Shown: positions 10,830 through 22,100 of the stretch, piece after piece
How positions within the stretch are numbered: the stretch's first letter is position 1
Layout of the letters: each line of letters begins with the position of its first letter
Assembly: GCA_024650005.2 (NCBI GenBank)
Contig: CP122380.1
Coordinates: 1,824,001-1,888,000, forward strand
Direction: 5' to 3'
Length of the DNA: 64,000 nucleotides
Source of the DNA: Candidatus Bathyarchaeum tardum
GTDB lineage: Archaea > Thermoproteota > Bathyarchaeia > Bathyarchaeales > Bathyarchaeaceae
Translations under genes and position numbers: made by a program
Notes under the pieces: model-generated
Databases searched by the model: none
Seen by the model: only the letters and a program-made list of their open reading frames with translations
Told to the model about the DNA's origin: nothing

Positions 10830-10855
10830 TTGTAATGTTTGAGGATTAAGTCACC

Positions 10856-11746
10856 ATGGAAATTAAGCTGAACCGGTCAAAAGTTCCCTTCAGCTTAGAG
10901 CATACTCTGAATTGTGGACAACTTTTCAGATGGAAAAAACACGACGACTGGTGGTACGGCATAGTAGCAGATCAGGTAATCAAAATAAAACAAACCAACG
11001 GGACCTTAACGTTCCAGTTTTTTCCTGAAACAAAAAACGACGGCTTTCTCGAAAACTACCTGCGACTAGACGACAACCTTCCACAAATCATCTCGCAAGT
11101 GTCCAAAGACGACCACATCAAACAAGCGGTCACCAAATTTTATGGACTGCGACTAATCCGACAAGAACCCTGGGAGTGTCTTGCATCATACATTTGTGCA
11201 ACCTTCAAGGGGATTCCTGCAATCAAAAAAATGATCAGCAACATCTCAAAATGTTTCGGAAACAAAATAACCTTTGACGGCTGCGACTTTTACACTTTCC
11301 CAAAACCTGAACAATTAGCTCAAGCATGCACTAAAGACATGCGAAATTGTGGACTGGGCTTCAGAGCTGAACGCATCCTAGAAACCGCGAAACAAATCAA
11401 CAATGGGGAACTAGACTTTGAAAAACTCAAAAAGTTAGAGTATTCCCAAGCAAAACAAGAACTGTTACAATTGCCTGGTGTCGGTCACAAGGTAGCAGAC
11501 TGTGTTTTGTTATTTTCGTTAGAAAAACTTGAAGCCTTTCCTATAGATGTCTGGATGAAAAGAGCAGCCACAAGATTATATTCTGAACATTTTAACTCTG
11601 ATTTCATAAACAAAGTAGCAAGTAAAGGCTCAATTACCCCCAAAGAATATGAAACGATTGGCAATTTTGGCCGTGAATACTTTGGAAACTATGTTGGTTA
11701 TGCTCAGGAATACCTTTTCCATTACCTACGAACCCAACAACATTAA
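10856..11746 (+). CDS. ogg: 8-oxoguanine DNA glycosylase (OGG1-like)
   Basis: TLNCGQLFRW, RQEPWE, helix-hairpin-helix LPGVGHKVADC, FPIDVW, GYAQEYLF. Confidence 0.9.
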   Translation: MEIKLNRSKVPFSLEHTLNCGQLFRWKKHDDWWYGIVADQVIKIKQTNGTLTFQFFPETKNDGFLENYLRLDDNLPQIISQVSKDDHIKQAVTKFYGLRLIRQEPWECLASYICATFKGIPAIKKMISNISKCFGNKITFDGCDFYTFPKPEQLAQACTKDMRNCGLGFRAERILETAKQINNGELDFEKLKKLEYSQAKQELLQLPGVGHKVADCVLLFSLEKLEAFPIDVWMKRAATRLYSEHFNSDFINKVASKGSITPKEYETIGNFGREYFGNYVGYAQEYLFHYLRTQQH

Positions 11747-11751
11747 CTAAG

Positions 11752-13236
11752 TTATCCTTTGACAACGCCCAAGGGAACTAACCGAGCAACACGGGTAGCA
11801 ATTCCAACATTATGGCTGACCTCTACGACTTTATCCACATTCTTGTATGCCATGTCGGCTTCTTCCGCCAAAACAGCAGGACTGGCAGACCTAACAACGA
11901 TTCCTTTGCCTCCTAAATCTTGCCTTATGTCTCCGCCCCAAAATCTTCGTTTCGCGGCTGAGCGGCTCATCATCCGTCCAGCACCGTGTGCTGTAGAGCC
12001 AAAGGAAAGTTCCATTGCCTTTTGTGTTCCTACCAGCAACCAAGAACTGGTTCCCATACTTCCGGGAATAATAACAGGTTGACCAATTTGCTGATAATCT
12101 GCTGGAACATCTTTGTGCTCAGGAGGGAAACAACGGGTTGCACCTTTTCGGTGAGTCCAAACTTTGGTTCGTTTACCCTCTATATTGTGTTCTTCAATTT
12201 TTGCAATGTTATGAGCAACATCATAAACCAAATCGAGACCTAACTGGTCTGCTGACCGTTTAAGAACATCTTCAAAGCTTTGGCGCACCCAATGCGTAAT
12301 AACCTGACGGTTAACAAAGGCGTAATTAACTGCACAAGCCATTGCCTTGTAATAATCTTGAGCTTCCTCACTTGTTCCGGGGGCACAAGCCAGTTCCCGG
12401 TCAGGCAGGGAAATCTTGTATTTTTCAACAGCGCGCTCCATAACCCGCAAATAATCTGAACAAGTCTGATGTCCCAATCCACGAGAACCACAATGAATTA
12501 AAACAGTAACCTGACCTTCATGGGTCACCCCACAGGTTTTAGCTGCTTTTTTGTCGTAAATCTTATCAACTTTTCCAACCTCCAAAAAGTGATTACCTGA
12601 ACCCAAGGTACCACTCTGAGGAAGTCCCCTTTGTTTAGCCTTTGCTGAAACTTTGTCTGGATCTGCACCCTCCATGCATCCTTTTTCTTCACAGTGTTCA
12701 ATATCTTCGGGTCGTCCTAGTCCCTTTTCTACGGCCCATGAGACGCCCTCTGTTATCAGGTGTTCCAGTTCGTGCATGTTCAGTTTGTAATCTTTTCTAT
12801 TACTGCCCAAACCACTTGGGACATTTTTGAATATTGCATTTGTTAAATTGCCTAGAAATGGTCTGATTTCATTTTCAGAAATGTTTGTGGTTAACAAGCG
12901 AACCCCACAGTTGATGTCATAACCGACGCCTCCAGGACTTATGACGCCTTCTTCATAGTCTGTGGCAGCAACACCACCTATGGGAAAACCGTATCCTTCA
13001 TGACCATCAGGCAAAGTGATTGCATGAGAATAAATTCCTGGAAGATGAGCAACATTTGAACATTGATTTAATGTTCGATCCTGTTTCATTTTTTCAATAA
13101 GTTGGTCGTCAGCATAGACTATTCCTGGAACACGCATACCTTGATTGAAGCTTTGGGGTATTCTCCATGTGTATTCATCAACTTTTTCGATTGGAACAGG
13201 TACTGGTTGTTCTCGGAATCCTCTGTGCGTGTTCAA
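11752..13236 (-). CDS. rtcB: tRNA-splicing ligase RtcB
   Basis: PDGHEGYGFPIG, DINCG, GNHF, HCGSRG, HRKGAT, HGAGR; TTG start after AGGTGA. Confidence 0.96.
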   Translation of the reverse strand: MNTHRGFREQPVPVPIEKVDEYTWRIPQSFNQGMRVPGIVYADDQLIEKMKQDRTLNQCSNVAHLPGIYSHAITLPDGHEGYGFPIGGVAATDYEEGVISPGGVGYDINCGVRLLTTNISENEIRPFLGNLTNAIFKNVPSGLGSNRKDYKLNMHELEHLITEGVSWAVEKGLGRPEDIEHCEEKGCMEGADPDKVSAKAKQRGLPQSGTLGSGNHFLEVGKVDKIYDKKAAKTCGVTHEGQVTVLIHCGSRGLGHQTCSDYLRVMERAVEKYKISLPDRELACAPGTSEEAQDYYKAMACAVNYAFVNRQVITHWVRQSFEDVLKRSADQLGLDLVYDVAHNIAKIEEHNIEGKRTKVWTHRKGATRCFPPEHKDVPADYQQIGQPVIIPGSMGTSSWLLVGTQKAMELSFGSTAHGAGRMMSRSAAKRRFWGGDIRQDLGGKGIVVRSASPAVLAEEADMAYKNVDKVVEVSHNVGIATRVARLVPLGVVKG

Positions 13237-13404
13237 TAAAATCACCTTTAGAATGACTAAAACAGTAGGAAACTTATAAACTCTAAGTGAATACTCATCA
13301 AAAACATAAAATTAAAAATTTTTTTGATTAACCCACATTTACATGCGTTACCACAATCTTTAAGAACTGCTCTAAGTGACCATGTATTTCGGATGTAGAA
13401 TTAA

Positions 13405-13956
13405 ATGTCAGTTGAAGAACCATCCGAAAGTGAAGAGATAGTAAAAGTTGAAACGTTGACCCCACAATCTAGAGGTGTCAACACAATTGTGAAAGTAGTT
13501 TCTAAAGGAGAAGTCAGAAGCGTTACTGGACGCGATTATTCGGTACGCCGAGTTGCAGATGCTCTAGTTGGCGATGAGACAGGATGTATATACATGACCC
13601 TTTGGGATGACAAAATAGACGCAATAAATGAAGAAGCCACGCTAAGCATCACTAACGGTTACATTAACCTATTCAGAGGTAACATGCGACTAAACATCGG
13701 AAAATACGGCAGCTACGAACTAGTAGAAGACTCCCCAATCGAAGAAGTAAACACAGAAAACAACGTGTCCGACAAAAAATACGAACAACCACGACGATTC
13801 AACAGAGGCGGCGGCTACAATAGAGGTGGCGGCAGAGGCGGCTATGGCGGCGGACGTGGTGGCGGAGGCTACAGCGGTGGTGGACGCAGCGGCGGTGGCG
13901 GTGGCTACGGCGGCGGTGGACGCAGCGAAGGCGGATACCAACGAAGAAGGTACTAA
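13405..13956 (+). CDS. ssb: single OB-fold ssDNA-binding protein with Gly/Arg/Tyr-rich tail
   Basis: VADALVGDETG...TLW, ITNGY...LNIGKYG match crenarchaeal-type SSB. Confidence 0.88.
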   Translation: MSVEEPSESEEIVKVETLTPQSRGVNTIVKVVSKGEVRSVTGRDYSVRRVADALVGDETGCIYMTLWDDKIDAINEEATLSITNGYINLFRGNMRLNIGKYGSYELVEDSPIEEVNTENNVSDKKYEQPRRFNRGGGYNRGGGRGGYGGGRGGGGYSGGGRSGGGGGYGGGGRSEGGYQRRRY

Positions 13957-13985
13957 TCCTTTCTTCTTTTTATTTTCTTTTTTAT
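13957..13985 (+). terminator. oligo-T archaeal terminator after ssb
   Basis: Long T-rich tract immediately after the stop codon. Confidence 0.55.
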
Positions 13986-14068
13986 CTCAACTTATTTAAA
14001 TTCAATCTTATTTTTTTTCCAAACATTACGTTATTGTAATGCTATCAAAAAATGATTAAAGTAATAAT

Positions 14069-14228
14069 ACGATGGATTTCGGTCTGAACGGGTTACCGTC
14101 CATCTGTATTGTTTTTGGCAATTTGGGTTTCTTGCGGTTTCCCCGTTTACAACATATCTACGGAGTCAAATATGTTGTAAACACGGTCCTCGCCAGACTC
14201 GAAATCCAACGCAGGCCTTCCCTCTCCA
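14069..14228 (-). ncRNA. candidate structured non-coding RNA, family unassigned
   Basis: Nested stems 14069-14086/14194-14212 and 14145-14157/14170-14182 (13 bp perfect), hairpin 14086-14101; G-U pairs work on the minus strand; TTATAAAA box near 14250-14257. Confidence 0.5.
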
Positions 14229-14334
14229 TACAAAGAAAAGGGTTATGTATTTTATAAGAAGAGTTGCGACAGATGGAACGTTCCGATTTCGGAATATTAT
14301 TGTTTAAAGACACATTTTCCAGTTGTTTCTGAAG

Positions 14335-15360
14335 TTAGTCTTTTGCGTTTTTGGTTCCTTTAATAATCTGATACAGTTGCCCCGAACAAAAAGTGATTGT
14401 TCTAAACATATCAATGAAAGGATATGAAATAATTCTTGCAAATTTTTTGTTTTTGATTGAGCGAAAAGCATAAACTGAGCCTACAATAATCAGGGGTAAC
14501 CCTGTGAAACCAAATAATATCCAGAAAAAGAGGCTAGAACTAGATGTTAGAGTTAGAAAGGTGAATGTTCCTACTATACCTAACCATGCAATAAACCCAA
14601 TTATGGCTAAAAATGTCCATTTAGAAACGGAGTCTTTCATGAGGTTCTTTTTGAAAACTAATCCACTTCCTTTGCCGTACTGAAAGTTTTGTTTCAAAAA
14701 TTCTCCAAAAGTTGAACGATGTTTGTGCCAAACTGAAACGTCAGGATCTAAAACCATTTTGTATCCTGCTCGGCAGATTCTGTCTGCAAATTCAACCTCG
14801 TCAAAGCCGTACTGGATTTGTTCGTCAAAAAATCCGACTTTTTCAACTGCTTTTCTTCGGAACGCCATGTTGCATCCTGCGGGGTGACCAAAGAAGGGTT
14901 TAACTTGTTTGAACTCTTCCCGTTTGGTGAAAACGGGCATTAATCTTACAATGCTGTTGTCTGCGTACTGTGAAACAAAATCGTTATCTAGAGCTATCGC
15001 GCTTCCACCTACGCAACTAACTTGTGGGTCTTTGAAATTTTCAACAATTTTTGTTACCCAATTAGGTGGAACGATACAATCAGAATCGGTAAAGGCTATT
15101 ATTTCGCCGTTGCTGTTTTTAATTCCTATGTTTCTTGCGAGATTGATTCCTTGTTTATTTTCGACAACTAACTTGACGGGATATTTTTTGACTATTTCTC
15201 GGGTTTTGTCTTTAGAGTTCCCATCAACCACTACTACGTCTACTTTTGATGGGTCATAATCGAGTTTTTGAAGCGATTCTAACAACGGCTGGATTGTTTG
15301 AGCTCCATTTCGTACAGGCACAATGACTGTGACTGAAGGGTTTCCATTAGGGTCTTCCAT
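14335..15360 (-). CDS. glycosyltransferase family 2 with C-terminal membrane segments
   Basis: VIVPVRN, VVDGNS, FTDSD, GCNMAFRR. Confidence 0.92.
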   Translation of the reverse strand: MEDPNGNPSVTVIVPVRNGAQTIQPLLESLQKLDYDPSKVDVVVVDGNSKDKTREIVKKYPVKLVVENKQGINLARNIGIKNSNGEIIAFTDSDCIVPPNWVTKIVENFKDPQVSCVGGSAIALDNDFVSQYADNSIVRLMPVFTKREEFKQVKPFFGHPAGCNMAFRRKAVEKVGFFDEQIQYGFDEVEFADRICRAGYKMVLDPDVSVWHKHRSTFGEFLKQNFQYGKGSGLVFKKNLMKDSVSKWTFLAIIGFIAWLGIVGTFTFLTLTSSSSLFFWILFGFTGLPLIIVGSVYAFRSIKNKKFARIISYPFIDMFRTITFCSGQLYQIIKGTKNAKD

Positions 15361-15492
15361 CAGAATCGCCTCGGTTTACTTCCGTAGATTCTCCTAAAAA
15401 CCATTTATTTCTTGTGCAAAAAACACTTTAAGTCAACTCACCATTTTTATGAATCACGAAAACATGCAAAGTCAACTCAACCTTGATTTCTG

Positions 15493-16530
15493 ATGGTGAT
15501 GATTGTGTTTCAAGCAAGTAAAAGATTCCCTTCTGTTTCAGTTGTTATTGTTAACTTCAACGGAAAACATCTACTAAAAGCTTGTTTGAACACACTTTTG
15601 AAAACTAAGTATCCCAACTACGATATAGTGATTGTTGACAACGCATCAACAGACAGAAGCCTAGAAACAATAAAACCTGTTATTAGTTCTGATTCTCGTG
15701 TGAAAATTGTTGAAAACACAAAGAACGTGGGGCATTCTGAAGGTTGCAACATTGGAGCCCAAACAAGTAATGGACATTACATCGTTTTTGTAGATAGCGA
15801 CATAGAATTCGGTTCAAAAAATTGGCTATGGGAACTTGTTAACGTAATGGAAAACGATAAATCAGTAGGATTGGCACAAGCAAAAATTGTATTATCTGAA
15901 AACCAAAACCGTCTGGAATATTTTTGTGAAAATGTTGATGCCTTAGGAACTTGGTCTGCAAATTATGGTTCCAAAGCCCAAGAGATTAATAGCAATTTTG
16001 AACTGTTAGCTGCATCTGCAGGCTGTTGCATTATTAGGCGAAATGTTTTCAACCAAATCGGTGGATTTGACAAAGACTATTTCATCTATGATGACGACAC
16101 CGACCTGTCTTTTCGGGCAAGATTGCTTGGTTATTCAGTATTATTTGTTTCATCTTCAGTGGTGATTCATCGAAGCAGTGTTCTTCGGGGGGTAAGTGGG
16201 ACCATGCTTTACCATTCTTCCAAGAATCGAATGCACACCGCAATAAAAAATTATGAATTCAAAAACGTTTGTTGGAGGTTTCCTCTTCTGGGTTTTTTCA
16301 CCCTTGTTGTTTCTGCAGGATTTTTTATTACCAAAAATCATGATGCTGCTAAAGCAAGCCTAAGAGGATTAATGAATACAATTACAGATTTTAAGAAAAT
16401 ATGGACTAAACGACTTAATTTTCAGCCAAAAAGAAATGTTAAAGATTTTGAGCTTGTAAAAAAAGGCTTTGTCAGAAATGATTTTCGGTCAACAATTGAA
16501 GACTTGAAAATAAAATTAAAACACATGTGA
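15493..16530 (+). CDS. glycosyltransferase family 2 (rhamnosyltransferase-like)
   Basis: VVIVNFN, VDNAS, FVDSD, GGFDKDYFIYDDDTDL. Confidence 0.92.
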   Translation: MVMIVFQASKRFPSVSVVIVNFNGKHLLKACLNTLLKTKYPNYDIVIVDNASTDRSLETIKPVISSDSRVKIVENTKNVGHSEGCNIGAQTSNGHYIVFVDSDIEFGSKNWLWELVNVMENDKSVGLAQAKIVLSENQNRLEYFCENVDALGTWSANYGSKAQEINSNFELLAASAGCCIIRRNVFNQIGGFDKDYFIYDDDTDLSFRARLLGYSVLFVSSSVVIHRSSVLRGVSGTMLYHSSKNRMHTAIKNYEFKNVCWRFPLLGFFTLVVSAGFFITKNHDAAKASLRGLMNTITDFKKIWTKRLNFQPKRNVKDFELVKKGFVRNDFRSTIEDLKIKLKHM

Positions 16531-16565
16531 TAACACAATCAGTAACTGATTTGATCATCAACAGA

Positions 16566-18383
16566 TTATGAAGCGATTACCCCGTCTTCAATTTTGATTT
16601 GTCTTTCTGCATAGTCAGCGATATCCTCTTCATGGGTAATGATAATAATCGTGGTTTTTGTTTCCTCGTGGAATTTTTTGAGCAGGTCCATGACTTGTTT
16701 TCCAGTTACAGAGTCCAAATCTCCGGTTGGTTCATCAGCAAATATTACTGCAGGACGATTAGTTAAAGCTCGGGCGATTGCTACCCGTTGCATTTGCCCA
16801 CCGCTCAGGGTCGCTGGATACTGTTCAGCTTGATTGCTCAATCCAACTCCCTCCAGTAAGTTTTCGATGCGGTCTTTGAGGTCTTTGCTTAAGCCTGCAA
16901 GGTCTGCAGGTAATGCTATGTTTTCACGGGCGCTAAAGTGAGGCAACAGTGCATAACTTTGGAATATGAAGCCCATCTCTTTTAATCTGGCTTTTGATTT
17001 TGATTCGTCACCCATTTGGTGAAGGTTTTCACCCCTGAACAGAACTACCCCATAATCTGGGCTGTCAAGACCAGCAATGCAATTTAGAAGTGTAGTTTTT
17101 CCTGCTCCCGAGTTTCCTACAATTGCGACAAATTCGCCTTCTTTGATGTCAAGGTTTACGCCTCGGAGGGCATACACTGTTGTTTGTCCAAGATTGTAGT
17201 TTTTAGTTAATCCTCGCACTGCTATTATGTTGTCTGTGTGCAGGTCTGTTACTTCGACGTTTTGGGTGTTAAACACCTGCTTGTTGAAAGTAAAGTATGG
17301 AAGGTCAACCCCGAAAAAGTCGGACCACATTTTTAGAAGTTCAGCTTCAACAAACAAGTCAGTGCTCAGTTCGGCAAGAGGCAATAAAGCATTCTTGAAT
17401 TGGTCATTTGATTCTACTGTTCTGATTCCATTTTTGTGTTCATCCAAGTAATCTCGAAGATGAATCTGGCACTGCTGAACCTTGTTATGAACTTCACGAA
17501 GCAACGTTTTTCCCTGTTCAATTTCTGACGCTAGTTCTTTCAAGGCTATGCTGAACTCTATCGATTCATTATTTATTTTGTGGGGAATCAATGATTTTTG
17601 GGGAACTTGGAATAAATTAAAAATTCTAGAAAGCAGATTGTCTATGTCCTGTAGGGCACTGAGTTTTGCTGCCAAAATCCTCAAAAACAGCTCCAGTTTT
17701 TTTTGCAATTTTGGATTTTTTGTCTTGTAATGAGACCCTGAAACACCCAGTTCCAATCTTTCAAGGATGCTGTCCAGTTCTTTTAGTCGAATGATTGTTG
17801 GTTTCATGAAAACAGCAAAAAAGTTTGCTATAATCAGTTTGTCAACTAATTCTTCTACGTTTAGTTGGGTTTGGGTAGTTGAGCCAGTAAATGTTGGATC
17901 ATCAAAACCAGAAAGATAAAAACGGTATTCTTGGGTTTCTGCAAAATCCCATGCGGTAACATAACTTTTCAGTTGGATTTCACGGTGGGTAGACGGCAAT
18001 TCTTTAATTATTTTTTTGAGGTGTGAATCAAAAATTTTCACAAGATTTGGGTCAATCTCTCGAATAAAGTCCTTAACTATCTTTGAGGTTTCTCGCAGTT
18101 CTTGGTCGTCTTTAAGATGTTGTCGCAGCCTAGACTCGTTATCTGCATAATATTTTTTGAATTGCCAATAAACCCTTCCGGTCTCAACAAAGTCAACAAC
18201 TTTCTGGTCCACAGTTCCATCCTTTTGTCCACTCAAGACAATGAAAGCATTCAATTCTTGGCTAGACATGGCCTTGCCCGAAACGTGCAGAGCTTTTTTG
18301 CATTCCGAAACCAGCTTCTTTTGAAGTTTTGCATTGATTGACCGCAAAGTTTTGTCGATTAATCCTGCTGCGTAAACTTGCAT
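16566..18383 (-). CDS. LolD/MacB-type ABC ATPase with ~375 aa unknown N-terminal domain
   Basis: C-terminal GNSGAGKT, LSGGQ, DEPTG, ITH. Confidence 0.88.
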   Translation of the reverse strand: MQVYAAGLIDKTLRSINAKLQKKLVSECKKALHVSGKAMSSQELNAFIVLSGQKDGTVDQKVVDFVETGRVYWQFKKYYADNESRLRQHLKDDQELRETSKIVKDFIREIDPNLVKIFDSHLKKIIKELPSTHREIQLKSYVTAWDFAETQEYRFYLSGFDDPTFTGSTTQTQLNVEELVDKLIIANFFAVFMKPTIIRLKELDSILERLELGVSGSHYKTKNPKLQKKLELFLRILAAKLSALQDIDNLLSRIFNLFQVPQKSLIPHKINNESIEFSIALKELASEIEQGKTLLREVHNKVQQCQIHLRDYLDEHKNGIRTVESNDQFKNALLPLAELSTDLFVEAELLKMWSDFFGVDLPYFTFNKQVFNTQNVEVTDLHTDNIIAVRGLTKNYNLGQTTVYALRGVNLDIKEGEFVAIVGNSGAGKTTLLNCIAGLDSPDYGVVLFRGENLHQMGDESKSKARLKEMGFIFQSYALLPHFSARENIALPADLAGLSKDLKDRIENLLEGVGLSNQAEQYPATLSGGQMQRVAIARALTNRPAVIFADEPTGDLDSVTGKQVMDLLKKFHEETKTTIIIITHEEDIADYAERQIKIEDGVIAS

Positions 18384-19153
18384 TAGGCTTCCTCCTCAGT
18401 TGTGAAAGGTCCATATTCGATGTTGGAAACTTTTCCGTCATTCATATGAACAATATAGTCACATTGTTCAGCAATCCATCGGTTATGAGTTACAAGAACC
18501 AGAGTTTGCCTGTTAATCTTGTTAATTCTACGAAACAGGTTCATAACATCTGCACTTGTCGTAGAGTCCAAGTCACCTGTTGGTTCATCACCAAGAATGA
18601 TTGACGGTTCAGTAATCAGGGCACGGGCAACTGCTATTCTTTGTTGTTGACCGCCGGAAAGTTCTGAAGGTTTATGGTATAACCTGTCACCCATCCCTAG
18701 TTCCCTTAGAATCATTTTTGCTTGTTCACGGGCTACTCCTGATTTCATTCCTTTCAGCAGGAGTGGGGTTTCCACGTTTTCTACTGCTGACAAGAACGGG
18801 AACAGATTGAATAACTGAAAAATGAACCCAATTTTGTCTCTTCGAAAACTGGTCATTTTGCCGTCCGAAAGGGTAGCAGTATCAATGGTGTCAATGATGA
18901 TTTGACCGTCTGAATGGCGGTCTAGGTGACCTATCATGTTCAATAGGGTTGTTTTCCCACATCCCGATGGTCCCATAATTGCCATCATGTCTCCTTTGTT
19001 GACAGTGAGGTCTAGCCCACGGATGGCGTGGACTTCATTTGATTTTCCTTCAGAGTAGCGTTTATGTAAACCAGAGATAACCAGAATTGGTTCTTTGTTT
19101 TTGGTAACTGAATTTTGTTTTTGCTTGTTTTCTGTTGATGACATTTTTCTCAC
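18383..19153 (-). CDS. LolD/MacB-type ABC ATPase
   Basis: GPSGCGKT, LSGGQQQR, DEPTG, VTH. Confidence 0.93.
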   Translation of the reverse strand: MRKMSSTENKQKQNSVTKNKEPILVISGLHKRYSEGKSNEVHAIRGLDLTVNKGDMMAIMGPSGCGKTTLLNMIGHLDRHSDGQIIIDTIDTATLSDGKMTSFRRDKIGFIFQLFNLFPFLSAVENVETPLLLKGMKSGVAREQAKMILRELGMGDRLYHKPSELSGGQQQRIAVARALITEPSIILGDEPTGDLDSTTSADVMNLFRRINKINRQTLVLVTHNRWIAEQCDYIVHMNDGKVSNIEYGPFTTEEEA

Positions 19154-22100
19154 CTAACCTACATACCTCAACGCTTCTGCGGGAGGAATTCTTGACGCAA
19201 ACCATCCTGGAATTGCTCCAGCAGCCAAAGCAATCAAAGTGATAAAGCCCAAATACACAGCTATATCATTCCATGGAATTATCAGGGCAGTTCCTTGCAT
19301 GTTTGCAAATCCTACACCAATGAGTACGCCGTTGGCTACTCCGATGAGTAAACCGATTACACCTAGCACTACTAGTTCGAGTAATACAGATATCATGACT
19401 TGGCTTCGGGGGAAGCCGATTGCACGCATCATGCCAATTTCGCGTTTTCGTTCTGAAACGTTACGGACTGAAATTACTGCCATTCCAACAGCCCCGATGC
19501 CTAAACCGAATGTGACATATATTTGCAAAAACGAAACAACTCGGTTCACCATTTCTAGTGAGGATTCAACCTTTGAGTATAGAACAGTTGAACTTGCAAC
19601 GTAGAAGTTGTCACTGGCTAAGTCTCGGTATCCTTCATCGTTTGTGTTTGTGAATTCTTCGATCGATTGGGCGATTGACGCGAGTTCTGGATCGTTCATT
19701 TCATAACTTGTTTTGATCAAGAAGTAATCATACTGGTCAGGGGCGCGTGAGGTTGAAGTTACACCATCTGCTTCTCCTAAGAAGTTGGTTTGGTTTGCCC
19801 AGTATTCTGTGAAGTATATTTTTCCAAGGAGGTCAACGTAATCAAAACTTCCTCCAGAAGTTAGACTGCTTATGCTGACTGAAGATAATGGGAATCCTCC
19901 AGCACGGCTACCGTCTAATCGTCCTGCTATGGTAAAGGCTTGGTATGCTGGCACTCCAAATGCGGAAGTGTTCATTGGCACCCAAATCTGCATTCCTAAG
20001 GGCAAAATGAAGGAATCCGTGAATACCACTGGATTTTTGATAACTGTTCCGTTGTCATACCGTAATACTTCAACGTCTTTTAACTTGTTACCGCTGTATC
20101 CGCCTAATCCTGAAAGGTCTATGTCGTCCAGTTCTCGGTCTTCTGCGAGAAGTTCCGCGATGGTTACATTGTATGCTGCCATGGTGAATGCTGGATCAAA
20201 GAACAGATCCCAAGCTTCTTTAGACATTTCAAGGAGTTTTGCATCTGTTACGTCATCTGTGCCGTCTGGTTGTGTAACGCCGTCAGGGAAACCACTTAGA
20301 TAGAAATCGTAACGCCAATCAGAAACAGAAGCATCAGTTGCGTTTCCTCGGATTTGTTCAGAAGTAATTTCTCCATACCCAATAGGTAACAAGTCTGTTT
20401 GAGCATTGAATTCTGGAGAATATGGATTACTTACCGCCAAAAACTTCTGATAATCTGTAATTGTGCTGAAGGTCTTAAACGGAATTATGTCTGTTATCTG
20501 GTCGTTTAGTTTGTACAATTCTTCAACATATGATGTTCCAGCAATTTGAGCTTCGGGTTTGTTTAGGAACACTATGAGGTCTATTCCTCGAGAGTCTTCT
20601 TCAGTTTCCATTACGGAACTTAAGTTAGTTGGAACCAAAGTCGCAACTGTTACGTTCAAAGTCATTATTACTGCAAAGATTGCAAAAGTCAAAGTTGAAC
20701 GTGACTTATGAGATGAAATCAGTGAGGGCGCAATTTGTCCCACTCCTTTTAATCCCCTGAGTTTAACCAGTAAACTTCGTAGTCCATTCATTATTATGGA
20801 TAGGTTTGCTGAAACTAGCATTACCGACCCGATTATGATTTCCATTACGCCTATCATCAGAATATTTTGGGCTAGTCTGGAAACGTCTTCTATCCATTCT
20901 CCCATTGCTACAGTAAACAGAAACATGGGTATTGCCCAGATTGCAATTGCGGTTATGTTCAGTGCCTTTGTTTTGCTGATATACCGTGAAAGTACAACTC
21001 CTAGACCTGAAAACAGCAAGAAGGTTCCAATCAGAATGTTTTGCCACTCCTCTACGCTGTTCCAGCCTTCAGTGAGCCAGATTGCTTGGTGGCTGTCATC
21101 AATGACTCCGTAAAACAATAAAACAGCAGTTCCTGCAATTATGGTTAATACGCCTAACAATGTCAAGTTTCGTCCAGATTTTTCTTCAAAAGAACTTTTG
21201 ATTCCGCGCAATGCATCTACAATGTTGACACGGGACGCTCTTAACGCAGGAAGTATACCTGTTATTATTCCAAGGCCAACACCAACTAATACGGATAAAA
21301 CTACAACTTGTTCAGAAACAACAGGTTGGACACTAAGTCTTCCTGTGCCAAACAAGTTTACAAGATACAGGGCAACACCTTGACCGAAAGCTAATCCGCC
21401 TGCCAGCCCAAATATGCCGCCTAAGATTCCTTGGAACACGTTTTCGATTAAGATTGATTGGAAGATTCCTCCACGGTTTTCTCCGACGGCTCTTAGAACT
21501 CCTGTTTGGAATTCGCGGTCTTCGACGTTCATTAGTTGAACGTTAGTAATGAGCAAAATACCTGTTACCATAATTAACATTCCAAGGGCGCCTAACATGG
21601 TGCTAAGTAGCGTCATGATTATTGATGCAATGTTGAAAAATGTCAAACGGTTAGAAGTAACAGTGTAAGTATCGGGGGGCATGACTGCCTCAAACAGGTC
21701 TATTTGTTCTTGAAGGTAATCTTCGTCAATTTCTGTTGTGAAGTGATCAGTTTTTAGGGCAACCAAATATGAGCCTATGGTATCTGTTTCACGTGTTGGG
21801 TCTTGTAGGCTCCGCCATTGCTGCAAATTTTCGAGACCCATAATCATTCCCCGATACCGAGAACCGATTCCAGGACGGTTGGAATCATAGATTCCTGCAA
21901 TAGTCATTTCAACCCTATCAGTGGAGTAGGTAGGAATTGCAGTGAAATTGCCGGTTATTGGATCAATGTTGATTGTTAAAGTAAGATTTGTGAATTCTGT
22001 AGTTAACGAAATTGGAAGAGTGAAATCTTTATCTAACCCGAGATTTTCTGCCAATCTGCTTGACAACAAAACGGTTGTGTTATCAACCAAATAGTCACCA

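Noticed and set aside
14093-14125. tmRNA-like tag frame (GCC AAA AAC AAT..., AKNNTDGR*) in the candidate RNA
   Set aside because: No tRNA-like acceptor or T-arm, no hydrophobic degradation-tag ending, and tmRNA is not known in archaea
14135-14197. Hammerhead-like CUGGCGA...GAAA arrangement
   Set aside because: Core deviates from CUGANGA and no convincing stem III with a cleavage triplet
14072-14257. 61-aa ORF on the plus strand
   Set aside because: No Shine-Dalgarno or recognisable motif; region is better explained by RNA structure
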